The notes: generated from the letters alone by a model not told the origin. A DNA stretch of 32,000 nucleotides from Acaryochloris marina MBIC11017 (GCF_000018105.1 NC_009925.1:1560001-1592000), one strand, 5' to 3'. Shown: positions 1 to 9,273, counted from the first letter of the stretch. Numbers and translations: made by a program.

Positions 1-1158
1 CCTGGCATTCCCTCGCCCCAAATAGGCTTGGGCATTGTCTGGACTCAGACGAATCGCTTCGGAATAATCTGCGATCGCATCTTCGTAATTCCGCCGATTA
101 TACTTGGCATCTCCCCGACGAATAAAGGCTGTGGCGCTTTCTCCCGAGGTTTCAGAGGACGACATGCGCGTGGCAATCATATAGGTGATACCGGACAAAC
201 TGCCAAGGGTTAAGAATGCGATCGCTGTGCCGATCCAAATCTTCCGGGAGGCCCCTATCTGATTGAGCCAAGAAGACGGGCTTGGAGGATTATGGGTTAA
301 GTCAGCCAAAACCTGCTGAGCGGACTGATACCGTTGTGCCGGATCAAGTGAAAGCAACTGGGTCAGGATTGCTTGTAGTTCAGGGGTAGTCCGATCCACA
401 TGAGACTGCCAATTCTCGATCCAGGACTGACCTTGGGTTTGTGCTAGCTCTGAAGGAGAAATACCGCTTAGGAGGTGAAAGCAAGTAGCCCCAAGTCCAA
501 ACAAATCACTGACAGGGCTAGCCTGTCCTTGTAGTTGCTCAGGAGGCCGATAGCCCAGGGAGCGGCTGCTAGTAGGCCGTTGCGAAGTTTGATTTTCATT
601 AAGGAACTGAGCAATGCCAAAGTCAATCAGAATGTAGTGCCCCTGGGTATCTTGAAGAATATTTTCTGGCTTGAGATCTCGATGCACCACCCCTTGGTTA
701 TGCACCACCTGCAACACTGGCAATAAATCCGAGAGAAAATTGCGAACTTGAGGCTCAGTGAACGTCCCTTGCTGGAGCTGATCGAGTAGGGTTTTCCCTT
801 CAATCAACTGGTGCACCAGATAGAGATACTCCCCTTCTTGGAAATAGGCTAATAAGTCCGGGAGTTGGGAATGATGGCCCAAGGCTTGGAGCTGTTTAGC
901 TTCTTCTCGAAAAAGTTGAACGGCATTGGGACTAGCCCCAAATGTTTTCAGGGCTAACTGCTTAACAATGCATGGGGTATTGAGCTGATCAACATCCTCT
1001 GCCAGATAGGTCTTCCCCCAGCGTCCAGCTCCAAGGGGTTTGATGATGTTGTAGTGTTTGTGGAGAAATGGGGCGAGGGCCGTGCCACATTGCTGACAAT
1101 ACTTGTGAGTGTCAGGGTTTAGCGGTTTGGTACACTCAGGGTTCAGACAACATGTCAT
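1..1158 (-). CDS. Ser/Thr protein kinase with N-terminal zinc ribbon, one TM segment and C-terminal TPR repeats. The 3' end runs off the window, so it is absent from the ORF track.
   Basis: The reverse complement from ATG (1158-1156) reads MTCCLNPECTKPLNPDTHKYCQQCGT (CxxC..CxxC). It continues with GAGRWGKTYLAED, VVHRDLKPENIL (catalytic loop), IDFGIA, then a hydrophobic stretch IWIGTAIAFLTLGSLSGITYMIA and TPR-like AIADYSEAIRLSPDNAQAYLGRGNA. The frame stays open to position 1. It is a paralogue of 5948-7912. Confidence 0.85.
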   Translation of the reverse strand, partial: MTCCLNPECTKPLNPDTHKYCQQCGTALAPFLHKHYNIIKPLGAGRWGKTYLAEDVDQLNTPCIVKQLALKTFGASPNAVQLFREEAKQLQALGHHSQLPDLLAYFQEGEYLYLVHQLIEGKTLLDQLQQGTFTEPQVRNFLSDLLPVLQVVHNQGVVHRDLKPENILQDTQGHYILIDFGIAQFLNENQTSQRPTSSRSLGYRPPEQLQGQASPVSDLFGLGATCFHLLSGISPSELAQTQGQSWIENWQSHVDRTTPELQAILTQLLSLDPAQRYQSAQQVLADLTHNPPSPSSWLNQIGASRKIWIGTAIAFLTLGSLSGITYMIATRMSSSETSGESATAFIRRGDAKYNRRNYEDAIADYSEAIRLSPDNAQAYLGRGNAR

Positions 1159-1370
1159 AAAGCTGCAATCTTTCGGGCTTCACAGGCCACAAGCTGTTGT
1201 CAAAGCATACTTAGTATCGGATAAAGACCTGGCTGAGAGCAAACTCAATTCTTCAAGAAGTGAAAAATCCCAGCTCTCTCATCGGGCTTGTTGAAAGAGC
1301 TCAGTCCAGGGAGCAGTCAAACACAGAATACGGAGATATATCTCCGACGATACATCCATCATTGCGGTAG

Positions 1371-2240
1371 CATCAGAAGACAACAGCTTCTCCAGGAACC
1401 AAAGGAGACAAACCATTCACACTATCCATCATTACCGCCACCCATAACCGAGCAAAGATCCTCCGGTATAACGTTTTAGCCAGTCTGCTCCAGCAATCTA
1501 GGCTGGACTTTGAATGGATTGTTATCAACGATGGCAGAGATAAAGCCACCCGACACCTGATTCAATCCACCTCATTACCCTTTCCTCATCAATACCTAGA
1601 AATCGATCATCCCGTAGAAGAGTTTGGTCTCTGTATCGCTCGCAACCTAGGGATTGAAGCTGCTTCTAGCAACTATGTCTGCTATCTCGACGATGACAAT
1701 AGCTTTCGTCCGGCTTTTGTAGCAACCATCCTTAATTGGATTGAGCAGTATCCCCATAGTCGATTTATCTTGCCTCAGCAATGGCGTCGCAGAGATGTGA
1801 TCAAGGAAGGGAAAATGATCAAACAGGGCAAACCCTTTATATCTCCCAGTGCTGACACAACCCTTGATGATCTGGTCTGTCAGCAAGCCCTCTTTGACAG
1901 CAACGGCTTTGTCCATCGTCGACTCAATTCACTGGGCTGGAATCCCCAGTACAGAGTTTTCTGCGATTATGAATTCTTTCTTCAATGTTTAAGTCAATGC
2001 AATCCTACTCCAGGAGAAGACTTCCTGTTTAAATCTGAAGTCCTCATCAACTACATCCAAACCACAGATGGCATCATCGGACAATCAGGCTACGGGGACT
2101 GGGCCAGGGAGTTGCAACAGCTCTATGAAAACCGATTAGCTTATCCAGAGTTAAGCCAAGAGTGGGCAGACTGGATGCCCCCAGCCATCAAAAAATATCA
2201 GCAGAAATTTCAGGTGCCTATTCCAGCTTTTGAACTGTAA
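1371..2240 (+). CDS. Family 2 glycosyltransferase (GT-A fold) with no canonical start codon in frame. Possible pseudogene or non-canonical start.
   Basis: The frame is open from the TAG stop at 1368-1370. It reads KPFTLSIITATHNRAKILRYNVLASLLQQSRLDFEWIVINDG...NYVCYLDDDN (DxD) and continues into the listed ORF 1770-2240. Hand translation finds no ATG/GTG/TTG in frame between 1371 and TTG 1770, which lies downstream of the nucleotide-sugar-binding half. Confidence 0.6.
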   Translation, partial: HQKTTASPGTKGDKPFTLSIITATHNRAKILRYNVLASLLQQSRLDFEWIVINDGRDKATRHLIQSTSLPFPHQYLEIDHPVEEFGLCIARNLGIEAASSNYVCYLDDDNSFRPAFVATILNWIEQYPHSRFILPQQWRRRDVIKEGKMIKQGKPFISPSADTTLDDLVCQQALFDSNGFVHRRLNSLGWNPQYRVFCDYEFFLQCLSQCNPTPGEDFLFKSEVLINYIQTTDGIIGQSGYGDWARELQQLYENRLAYPELSQEWADWMPPAIKKYQQKFQVPIPAFEL

Positions 2241-2388
2241 TCATCATGTTGAGCCAAAAGCAAATAGTAGCCCGCCTCAAGCTCCAAACTAGACCAAACA
2301 AATTGATTTCCCAAGGCATGTATGAGTTTTCTATCCATTTAATTTAGTCAACACTTAAGGATGGAACTCATCTTAGTTACTTGCCCAA

Positions 2389-3756
2389 ATGCAGACTATT
2401 TCTAATGACATTACTTTAATGGAAACTTTTCTAGAGGCCATTGAGGCTGATGATGTAGGTATAGTCAGGCAATTTATTGTTGAGAATAAAGCAGAAGTCA
2501 ATACCTTATTGGATGAAAGCTCGATTCTTGGCCACGCAGCGCTTCATGGAAGCCTCATGACTGTTAAATTCTTGGTGGCAGCAGGAGCAGCAGTCAACCT
2601 TCCTTTTGAGAAGTACTACGATATTGCTCCCCCCCTTCTGGATGCAATTGAAGATGGGAATCTAGAAATTATCCGATTTTTAGTGGAGTCTGGAGCTGAC
2701 GTTAATGCTGTTCGAGGCGGGAGATGTGCGCTAGGCATTGCAGCGCATAGTGGATTGGAAGATATTTATGCATTTCTGCTACCGCTCACTCACCCTTCAT
2801 TGTTGAAGCAAGCGGAAGAATTACTGCCTGAAGGACATGACTTTAAACAGAAAAGAAACACCTTATCAAAGCAAGAGCAAGAACTCTTTGAAAGCGTCAG
2901 AAGAACAGATCTTAAAAACCTTGAGCAGCTCATCTTTCAAAAAGTCAATGTCAATATCATTGATGAGCGGGGCTACACGCCCTTAATGTATGCTCTTGAA
3001 AAGAGGAAGTACTCCTCTACGGAAATCCTCCTTAATGCTGGTGCAGATCCTAATTTTGTAGCTAGAACAATCATCCTTGCTGTTGGCTCGAATGATCCAG
3101 ACATCATCCAACTTTTGATTAAAGCTGGTGTAGATCTCAATATCCAATGTAATGGGATGAATGTCTTTACACCGATTGTGGACCTCCCTCACAAATATTG
3201 CAAAGAAATAATTGAGTTACTGTTGAAGGCAGGGGCAAATATCGACCAACGCGATGATTATGGCAATAGCCTCTTAATGCTTGCAACTTATAAAGGTAGA
3301 GAGGACATCATTCAAATTCTTATGAATAATGGAGCCTCAAAATACCATCTTAAGAATATTGAGTTATTGATGGCTGCAGAAAAGGGCAATCTCGATCAAG
3401 TGATTGATTTGCTCCATTCAGAATCCCAACTTGATATCAATGCTCAAGAATTCAGAGGTAGAAGTGTTTTAACCTGTGCTGTAATTGGCAAGCATACAGA
3501 AGTTGTAAAAACCCTGATTACGAATGGAGCAGATATCAATCAGATTGATAGCCAAGGCAGAACGCCATTAATGTGGGCTATCTCTACAGGGAATATGACG
3601 GTTATTGACTATATTATCCAAGCTGGAGCCGATATATCTATCGAATCAAAAGATGGAGAAACTACACTTGATGGTGTTAAATACAATTGTCCAGTTAAAC
3701 CAAATGATAGGAAGAAGTTGATTCAAGTCCTATCATTCAGAAATAACTACAAATAA
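2389..3756 (+). CDS. Ankyrin-repeat protein (about 10 ANK repeats in two blocks, no signal peptide)
   Basis: Repeated ANK signatures are present: GADVNA, GYTPLMYALE, LLNAGADPN, LLKAGANIDQRDDYGNSLLMLATYKGREDIIQILMNNGA, GRTPLMWAISTGNMTVIDYIIQAGADI. The coding sequence is AT-rich. Confidence 0.9.
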   Translation: MQTISNDITLMETFLEAIEADDVGIVRQFIVENKAEVNTLLDESSILGHAALHGSLMTVKFLVAAGAAVNLPFEKYYDIAPPLLDAIEDGNLEIIRFLVESGADVNAVRGGRCALGIAAHSGLEDIYAFLLPLTHPSLLKQAEELLPEGHDFKQKRNTLSKQEQELFESVRRTDLKNLEQLIFQKVNVNIIDERGYTPLMYALEKRKYSSTEILLNAGADPNFVARTIILAVGSNDPDIIQLLIKAGVDLNIQCNGMNVFTPIVDLPHKYCKEIIELLLKAGANIDQRDDYGNSLLMLATYKGREDIIQILMNNGASKYHLKNIELLMAAEKGNLDQVIDLLHSESQLDINAQEFRGRSVLTCAVIGKHTEVVKTLITNGADINQIDSQGRTPLMWAISTGNMTVIDYIIQAGADISIESKDGETTLDGVKYNCPVKPNDRKKLIQVLSFRNNYK

Positions 3757-3777
3757 ATATATTGACTAATTAGCTAT

Positions 3778-4458
3778 TTATAATGCAACAAAATCGACTC
3801 TCTCTAAATAACCCTTTGGGTCGCTAAGAGTGATTTTATCTCCCGGCTTATGCATTGCATAACCAACCCAACGTCTAAAGTTAATGCTAGGTTCAAATAT
3901 ATCTTGTTGACGAAATAACTGATCTACCCACTCTTCTGCCTTTATATCAATTCTGTCATCATGAATGTTTGACTCCCATTCAAGAATTTCATATCCTTCA
4001 TCTGTTTCAAATTTTTCTAGCAACTCTCCATTCTCATAGATGCGGTAACCCAAAGCTAAGATCGTATCGCTGACACCATAAAAGATAGTACGTGTTTTGA
4101 GGTCCATTGAGAGTAAATAAGCATCTTCTTCATTTAAACACAGACTATAAACTTTCTCCATTTCCTGCTTAAGTATTTCCTCATTAATTTGATTTGTCTC
4201 TTTGGTAGTCACAAAATCCAATCCACTGGGATCTCTAGCTATAACATTCGTCCAAGAATGTCCCTTAAAACGAAATACAAAAAAACATTGTTCAGTTAAT
4301 TCAATTTCTTGGCAAATTACATTTTTCTGCCAACAGTTTGCATGCCGTTTATTGCTTAAAGAATGAGAAACAGCCTCAACATGTTCCTTGACAAAAATAG
4401 TACTTCCGTTATATTCAAATGACCCTACACCTCGTTTACCTGAAAGTAATGAAGTCAT
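3778..4458 (-). CDS. Hypothetical protein (226 aa from ATG 4458; the ORF track starts at GTG 4491)
   Basis: This is a long open frame 34 nt downstream of the GNAT gene on the same strand. A purine-rich GAAGAAG precedes the ATG at 4458. I recognise no family motif. The sequence is acidic and rich in W/Y/F. Confidence 0.55.
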   Translation of the reverse strand: MTSLLSGKRGVGSFEYNGSTIFVKEHVEAVSHSLSNKRHANCWQKNVICQEIELTEQCFFVFRFKGHSWTNVIARDPSGLDFVTTKETNQINEEILKQEMEKVYSLCLNEEDAYLLSMDLKTRTIFYGVSDTILALGYRIYENGELLEKFETDEGYEILEWESNIHDDRIDIKAEEWVDQLFRQQDIFEPSINFRRWVGYAMHKPGDKITLSDPKGYLERVDFVAL

Positions 4459-4525
4459 TTTTTTCTTCTTCACATTTTGCCATAATGACACATTAACTAG
4501 TCTAGCTCTAGAAATAATTTTAGGC

Positions 4526-5062
4526 TCACAAGATAGATATTTTTGTTAAAAAATAGTAGGCACTATCATAAAATTTACCGTACCATTCCCAATTGCCCTC
4601 AACAATTTTCTCACGAATAAATCCTGCTTTTTCCAAAACACGATAGGACGGTATATTACGCAGTGTTACCCCTGCCTCAATCCGCTCAACATCTGTGTCA
4701 CGAAATAACCAGTCTCGTACCGCCAATAATACTTCCGTCGCATATCCCTGATTATGGTGCCTAAAGTCGAGAAAATATCCTATTCGACAAACCTTGTCCT
4801 CTAAATCAGAGTACTCGGCTTCAAAGCATACTTCAAACAGACCGATGGTTTGCCCTTGTTTTCGGATGACCCAGACGAGCTGGGTCGGTTCATGGTAGCT
4901 AGGCTCTAGCCATGCCTTAACATCATCAACACTTCTGGCAACGTATTGAAAGTCTTCGATGCTTTGTCTCTCTTTAGCAATAGTGTAAATGGCTTGCGTA
5001 TCAGCTAATGTCAGAGGTTCAAGGGTGAGTCTTTGGGTGCAAAGGGTTGTTGGAATCACCAT
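4526..5062 (-). CDS. GNAT family N-acetyltransferase (RimJ/RimL-like)
   Basis: It has the N-terminal RLTLEPLTLAD typical of the RimJ/L subgroup and the acetyl-CoA motif HNQGYATEVLLAVRDWLF. It also carries IEAGVTLRNIPSYRVLEKAGF. An AGGAGG Shine-Dalgarno lies 8 nt upstream of the ATG. Confidence 0.85.
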   Translation of the reverse strand: MVIPTTLCTQRLTLEPLTLADTQAIYTIAKERQSIEDFQYVARSVDDVKAWLEPSYHEPTQLVWVIRKQGQTIGLFEVCFEAEYSDLEDKVCRIGYFLDFRHHNQGYATEVLLAVRDWLFRDTDVERIEAGVTLRNIPSYRVLEKAGFIREKIVEGNWEWYGKFYDSAYYFLTKISIL

Positions 5063-5254
5063 ATATACACCTCCTATCTGTCACAACTACTGCACTTGAC
5101 ATGGGGTCACAGAACGTTACCCCACAACCCAAAATAGTCAATTTCGTTAGTTCCTATATCTATAATCTCGTGCACTCTCTAAAATTAATAAAGATGGATA
5201 GGCATAAAGATATAGACAAAACTAAAGTCAGCAACAGCAAGGAGCTAGGAACCT

Positions 5255-5797
5255 ATGACTGCTAAGGAAAAGTTGGGTGTCTTTTTAAATGCTTCTAAGA
5301 ACCAGCCAGAAGAAATACTGTCCTTTTTTGATGAACTAGAGCCTGTCAAATCTCAGTTCATGATATCAAGATGGAAAGGCGCTGAACTCCATACTAATCA
5401 TCCTCTTAATGGCTTTTTAGAAGCATCCAATTGGTATGGGAAAGAGTTTGTTAATGAGGACCAAGTCCATCCACTCTTATTTCAAGACAGTCAAGATAAT
5501 ATCTTCAAGGTGAAGCCATACTCACTGGTAATGAAGTCTGGCATTCGTTTGCCAATACTTAAACATAAGGCTTTGAATTCGACCGTTAGATTTCTGACTT
5601 CTTTACTCAAAACAGAGGCGAGTCAGGCAAGATTACGCATGATGGAATATCGGCAAAAAATCAGTGCAACGATGATTTATGACTCATTACCCATTCACGA
5701 TACCTTTAGAAAAGTAGATGATGATACGGTTTTGGGACTTATGGACTCCAAAGATATTCCAATCCCCTTCTTTTTTGTGCTTGAGAGAGAACATTAA
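5255..5797 (+). CDS. GXWXG plus DUF4334 domain protein
   Basis: RWKGAELHTNHPLNGFLEASNWYGKEF matches the GXWXG-type N-domain. LRMMEYRQKISATMIYDSLPIHDTFRKVDDDTVLGLMD matches the DUF4334 pattern as I remember it. An AAGGAG Shine-Dalgarno lies upstream. Confidence 0.7.
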   Translation: MTAKEKLGVFLNASKNQPEEILSFFDELEPVKSQFMISRWKGAELHTNHPLNGFLEASNWYGKEFVNEDQVHPLLFQDSQDNIFKVKPYSLVMKSGIRLPILKHKALNSTVRFLTSLLKTEASQARLRMMEYRQKISATMIYDSLPIHDTFRKVDDDTVLGLMDSKDIPIPFFFVLEREH

Positions 5798-5947
5798 TTC
5801 ATGCTCTTTTGAATATTTTGTTCGGAGTTTAATTCAGGCATTGAAATGCTAGCTGAGAAATTCCTATGTAGATTTACGCTCGCTGAATTCAGATATTATT
5901 CTCGATTGAGAAGCAAATTGGATCAAGGAAAATTTGCGCGTGATGTA

Positions 5948-7912
5948 TTAATTCCCAACTTGTTTAGCTTCAGAGGTTTGGAGCCGTCTCAACTCTCGCA
6001 AAGCATCTTTCCGGCGCTGATTGCCCTGGTTTTGATAGAGATCCGCAGCTTTTTGGAAGTCTGCTTTTGCTCCTTCAACATCGTTCTGGACCTCTTTGAC
6101 AAATCCGCGATTGAAATACGCAACTGCATAGTCCGGCTCTAAACGAATCGCTGTATTGTAGTCCTGAATCGCCTCTCGATAGTTTTTGCGATTATATTTA
6201 GCTAGGCCACGGCTGTTATAGGCATCCACAAGCTGGTCATCTAGCTCCAGAGCTTGATCAAAATCCGCTAACTCGCCTTTCCAATCTCCCAGTTTGCCTT
6301 TGGCATGGGCGCGGCCATTATAGGCCTTGGCATTCTTTCCATCCAGGCGAATTGCCTCATCAAAGTCTGTTAGAGCAGTGCGATACTGACCTAAGTCATA
6401 GTGAATGCGGCCTCGATTCCGTAAGGTATCTTCGCGCTTTGGATCAATGCGTAGGGCTTGATCGTAGTCGGAAAGCGCTCCCTGCAAATCTTTGAGGTTG
6501 TACTTGGAGACTCCCCGATTATGATAGACGTAGGCATATTGAGAATTGAGGCGAATCGCCTGATTGTAGTCTTCGACAGCGCCTTTATAGTCCTGCAGGG
6601 CATGTTTCGTGAGTCCCCGATTACCGAAAGCATTAGAATGTTGGTCGTCTAGTTTTAGAGCCTGGTCATAGTCAGCCAAGGCAGCCTGATAGTTCTGAAG
6701 ACCGTATTGAGCTAGCCCTCGCTCGTTAAAGGCATCGGCATTCTGGTCATCTAGGTCAATGGACTCGTCATAATCTGCGATCGCACCCTGATAATCCCCC
6801 GCTCGATACTTCTCATACCCACTTCGGAGCAGAGCTTCTGATCGGCTCATGGGCGATACGGATACGGTATTGTTGGCCTGTATCGCGACGTATCCAATCC
6901 CGAATACACCTATTAAACCGAGAGATGCGATCGCAGCCCACATTTTCCCAGACAGTTGGGGAATTTTCCCAGGCAACGTAGAGCGAGTGGGTAAGGTAAT
7001 TTTTGGCGGTGCCAACTCCGGTGTAACCCTCAAATCTTGCAGCACTTCATTGGCCGACTGATAGCGTTGAGCTGGTTCAATTTGCAACAGCTTATCGAGG
7101 ATTTTTTGGAGTTCAGGACTAAGGGATTGAGCAATATATTGCTGCCAGTCTTCGCTCCAGAGGTAATTGAACTCTAAAGACAGGTGATAGGGAGAGACAT
7201 GGCTAAGCAAGTGGAAACAGCTCGATCCTAAACCGTACAGATCACCCACAGGCGTCGCTCGTCCCCGCTGAATCTGCTCTGGAGAGGCATAGCCTGGAGA
7301 ACCGACAATAGTGCCAGCCCCGGCATGGGCCATTGCCGTTTGCTTCAGCAGTTTTGCCACGCCAAAATCAATCAGCACATGCTTGCCATCTCGCCGTTGC
7401 ATGATGTTGTCGGGCTTTAAGTCACGATGAATCACCCCTTCATCATGCAGACTTTGCAAGACAGGCAATACATCCAGTAGAACCTGGCGAATTTGTTGCT
7501 CACTAAAGGCTCCGTCCCGCTCTAGCAGTTCGATCAGATTGTGACCATCCACATACTGCTGAACGAGATATAAATTCTGACCTTCCTGAAAATAGGCCGT
7601 CAGTTTGGGAATCTGCGGATGATGCCCTAACTGCTTGAGCTGTCGGGCTTCGCTGGCAAACATCTCAATCGCTTTTTTCTGTTCCCAAGCTTCCGTTGCT
7701 TGGTAGGTCAGCTTCTTGACCACACAAGGCTCATTCAGCCGATCCAGATCTTCCGCGAGATAGGTATTACCAAAGCCGCCTCGACCGAGGGGCTTGATCA
7801 CCTTAAAGCGGTCCCGCAACAAATGAACGATGGGCGTGCCACATTGCTGACAAAACTTGTGGGAATCAGGATTAATTGGCTTTTTGCAGTCAGGATTTAG
7901 GCAACAAACCAT
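5948..7912 (-). CDS. Ser/Thr protein kinase with N-terminal zinc ribbon, TM segment and about 8-9 C-terminal TPR repeats
   Basis: MVCCLNPDCKKPINPDSHKFCQQCGT is followed by GRGGFGNTYLAED, VIHRDLKPDNIM, IDFGVAK and SPGYASPEQ. The TM segment is MWAAIASLGLIGVFGIGYVAI. After it come repeated 34-aa units of the form A..DY..AI.LD...A.A(F/Y).NRG. Confidence 0.92.
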   Translation of the reverse strand: MVCCLNPDCKKPINPDSHKFCQQCGTPIVHLLRDRFKVIKPLGRGGFGNTYLAEDLDRLNEPCVVKKLTYQATEAWEQKKAIEMFASEARQLKQLGHHPQIPKLTAYFQEGQNLYLVQQYVDGHNLIELLERDGAFSEQQIRQVLLDVLPVLQSLHDEGVIHRDLKPDNIMQRRDGKHVLIDFGVAKLLKQTAMAHAGAGTIVGSPGYASPEQIQRGRATPVGDLYGLGSSCFHLLSHVSPYHLSLEFNYLWSEDWQQYIAQSLSPELQKILDKLLQIEPAQRYQSANEVLQDLRVTPELAPPKITLPTRSTLPGKIPQLSGKMWAAIASLGLIGVFGIGYVAIQANNTVSVSPMSRSEALLRSGYEKYRAGDYQGAIADYDESIDLDDQNADAFNERGLAQYGLQNYQAALADYDQALKLDDQHSNAFGNRGLTKHALQDYKGAVEDYNQAIRLNSQYAYVYHNRGVSKYNLKDLQGALSDYDQALRIDPKREDTLRNRGRIHYDLGQYRTALTDFDEAIRLDGKNAKAYNGRAHAKGKLGDWKGELADFDQALELDDQLVDAYNSRGLAKYNRKNYREAIQDYNTAIRLEPDYAVAYFNRGFVKEVQNDVEGAKADFQKAADLYQNQGNQRRKDALRELRRLQTSEAKQVGN

Positions 7913-8028
7913 TTTTCTTCTCTGGGGCTAGAGTTTGCGAGTCTCAGGAGGAACACATTACTCTATCGTTAATTTAACGCTGCCCTATGCATTTTGCAGG
8001 ATTCAGACTCAAAAAATTGCAGTCTGTA

Positions 8029-9024
8029 TTAAGTCTGGGGAACGTAGTCATGGCTGACAAACCAATCGACGGCCTCTTGCAGCGCCTGACGGACTGGGGT
8101 TTGGGGCAGTCCCAATTCTTGAATCGCTTTGGCAGGGTTGTAAAACATCATTTGCTTGGCCATTTGTACCCCGGCTAAGGGCACAGAGGGAGTTTTGCCC
8201 ATCGCCGCCAAAACCACTTCATCGATCCAGGCCGTGGTCAGGGGAATCCATGCAGGAATCTCGCCTTTGGGAGCGGACAACCCCGTTAATTCAGCCAGCA
8301 CATCCAGCATTTCTTTTAGGGTCATATTCTGATTGCCCAGAATATAGCGCTCTCCTGTTTTTCCCTTTTCTAGGGCTAGCAAATGGCCAAGAACCACGTC
8401 TTGCACATGGATAAGGTTCAACCCCGTATTCAAATAAAAGGGCATCTGCCGCCGCAGAAATCGCAAAATCATATCGCCTGTGGGCGTGGGTTTAATATCC
8501 CAAGGGCCAATGGGAGTGCTGGGATTGACAATCACAATATCCTGGCCCATTTGGACGGCTTTGTGGGCTTCCTGCTCCGCCCAATATTTCGATTTTTTAT
8601 AGTCACCAATCAGTTTCTCCACTGGACTCTGATAGGTTTCATCAGCACTATTCCCGGCTTTCACGCCAATAGCTGCTACTGAGCTGGTGTAAACGGTGCG
8701 TTCAATCCCTGCGTCTCGGGCTGCTTGCAAAAGATTGCGTGTGCCTTCTACATTACTCTGCCAAAGCTGTTCGCGGTCCGCCCGCCAGAGGCTGTAATGA
8801 GCCGCGACATGAAAGAGTACCTGACACCCTTGTAATTTTTGACTCAAGTCATCATCTGTGAGCTGTCCAGTCACTTGCTCCACGTCTAACCCAGCGAGGT
8901 TCGTCAGATCGCTCTGGGGCCTGACTAGGGCTCGGACTTGATGACCTTCCGACAACAGTAAACGAACTAGATTGGCTCCGACAAATCCGGTTGAACCAGT
9001 TACAAAAACATTTAATTTGGCCAT
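8029..9024 (-). CDS. NAD-dependent epimerase/dehydratase, HpnA-like (hopanoid-associated sugar epimerase / dihydroflavonol-reductase family)
   Basis: It has the Rossmann motif VFVTGSTGFVGANLVRLLL and the catalytic YKKSK. PSTPIGPWDIKPTPTG and GERYILG are collinear with HpnA-type sequences as I remember them. Confidence 0.85.
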   Translation of the reverse strand: MAKLNVFVTGSTGFVGANLVRLLLSEGHQVRALVRPQSDLTNLAGLDVEQVTGQLTDDDLSQKLQGCQVLFHVAAHYSLWRADREQLWQSNVEGTRNLLQAARDAGIERTVYTSSVAAIGVKAGNSADETYQSPVEKLIGDYKKSKYWAEQEAHKAVQMGQDIVIVNPSTPIGPWDIKPTPTGDMILRFLRRQMPFYLNTGLNLIHVQDVVLGHLLALEKGKTGERYILGNQNMTLKEMLDVLAELTGLSAPKGEIPAWIPLTTAWIDEVVLAAMGKTPSVPLAGVQMAKQMMFYNPAKAIQELGLPQTPVRQALQEAVDWFVSHDYVPQT

Positions 9025-9166
9025 AACTCAGGCTCTTTGCCACTTTGGGTGGTCTAGTAGGGGTAAACAAGGTTAATGTTTTACCTTACAGGCATCGGCA
9101 AAGAAAACAATATTTCTGCAGATTTAACTTTCAAGGCAGGCACTTTATCGCACAGAGCTTGGCAAG

Positions 9167-9239
9167 CTTAAGATTCACAACCTTAGTTTCCTAAATACGG
9201 TGAGCGACTGGAGAATATCCCTGAAGTCAGCTTTATCAT
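9167..9239 (+). repeat. Dispersed short repeat, copy A (sub-repeat R1 9167-9206 plus sub-repeat R2 9208-9239), 35 nt upstream of the ATG at 9274
   Basis: R1 is cttaagattcacaaccttagtttcctaaatacggtgagcg. R2 is ctggagaatatccctgaagtcagctttatcat. Related copies are listed below. Confidence 0.65.
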
Positions 9240-9273
9240 GCTTTGTCCATATGATTAATAGCTAGGTAAATGG

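Noticed and set aside
1288-1479. 63-aa ORF upstream of and overlapping the GT2 frame, taken as an independent gene
   Set aside because: It has no motifs and overlaps the conserved GT2 N-terminal coding frame. It is relevant only as a possible frameshifted 5' part (see the GT2 finding).
5990-6840. A ~102-nt periodicity that could be taken for a DNA tandem repeat or a CRISPR-like array
   Set aside because: It is the coding image of 34-aa TPR units. The units are diverged at the DNA level, and there are no identical repeats or unique spacers. I saw no CRISPR array anywhere in the window.
6391-7061. ORFs 6391-6633, 6458-6652 and 6849-7061, overlapping or antisense to the TPR kinase
   Set aside because: They are alternative-frame products of a well-supported CDS, with no motifs and no independent start signals.
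9167-9239. Translation of repeat R1 gives LKIHNLSFLNTVS / PKILNLGFLNMVS, which looks like a leucine-rich-repeat peptide
   Set aside because: The frames are closed by stops within a few codons, and R1 and R2 are conserved in different frames. No start codon or longer ORF exists. I treat it as non-coding repeat DNA.
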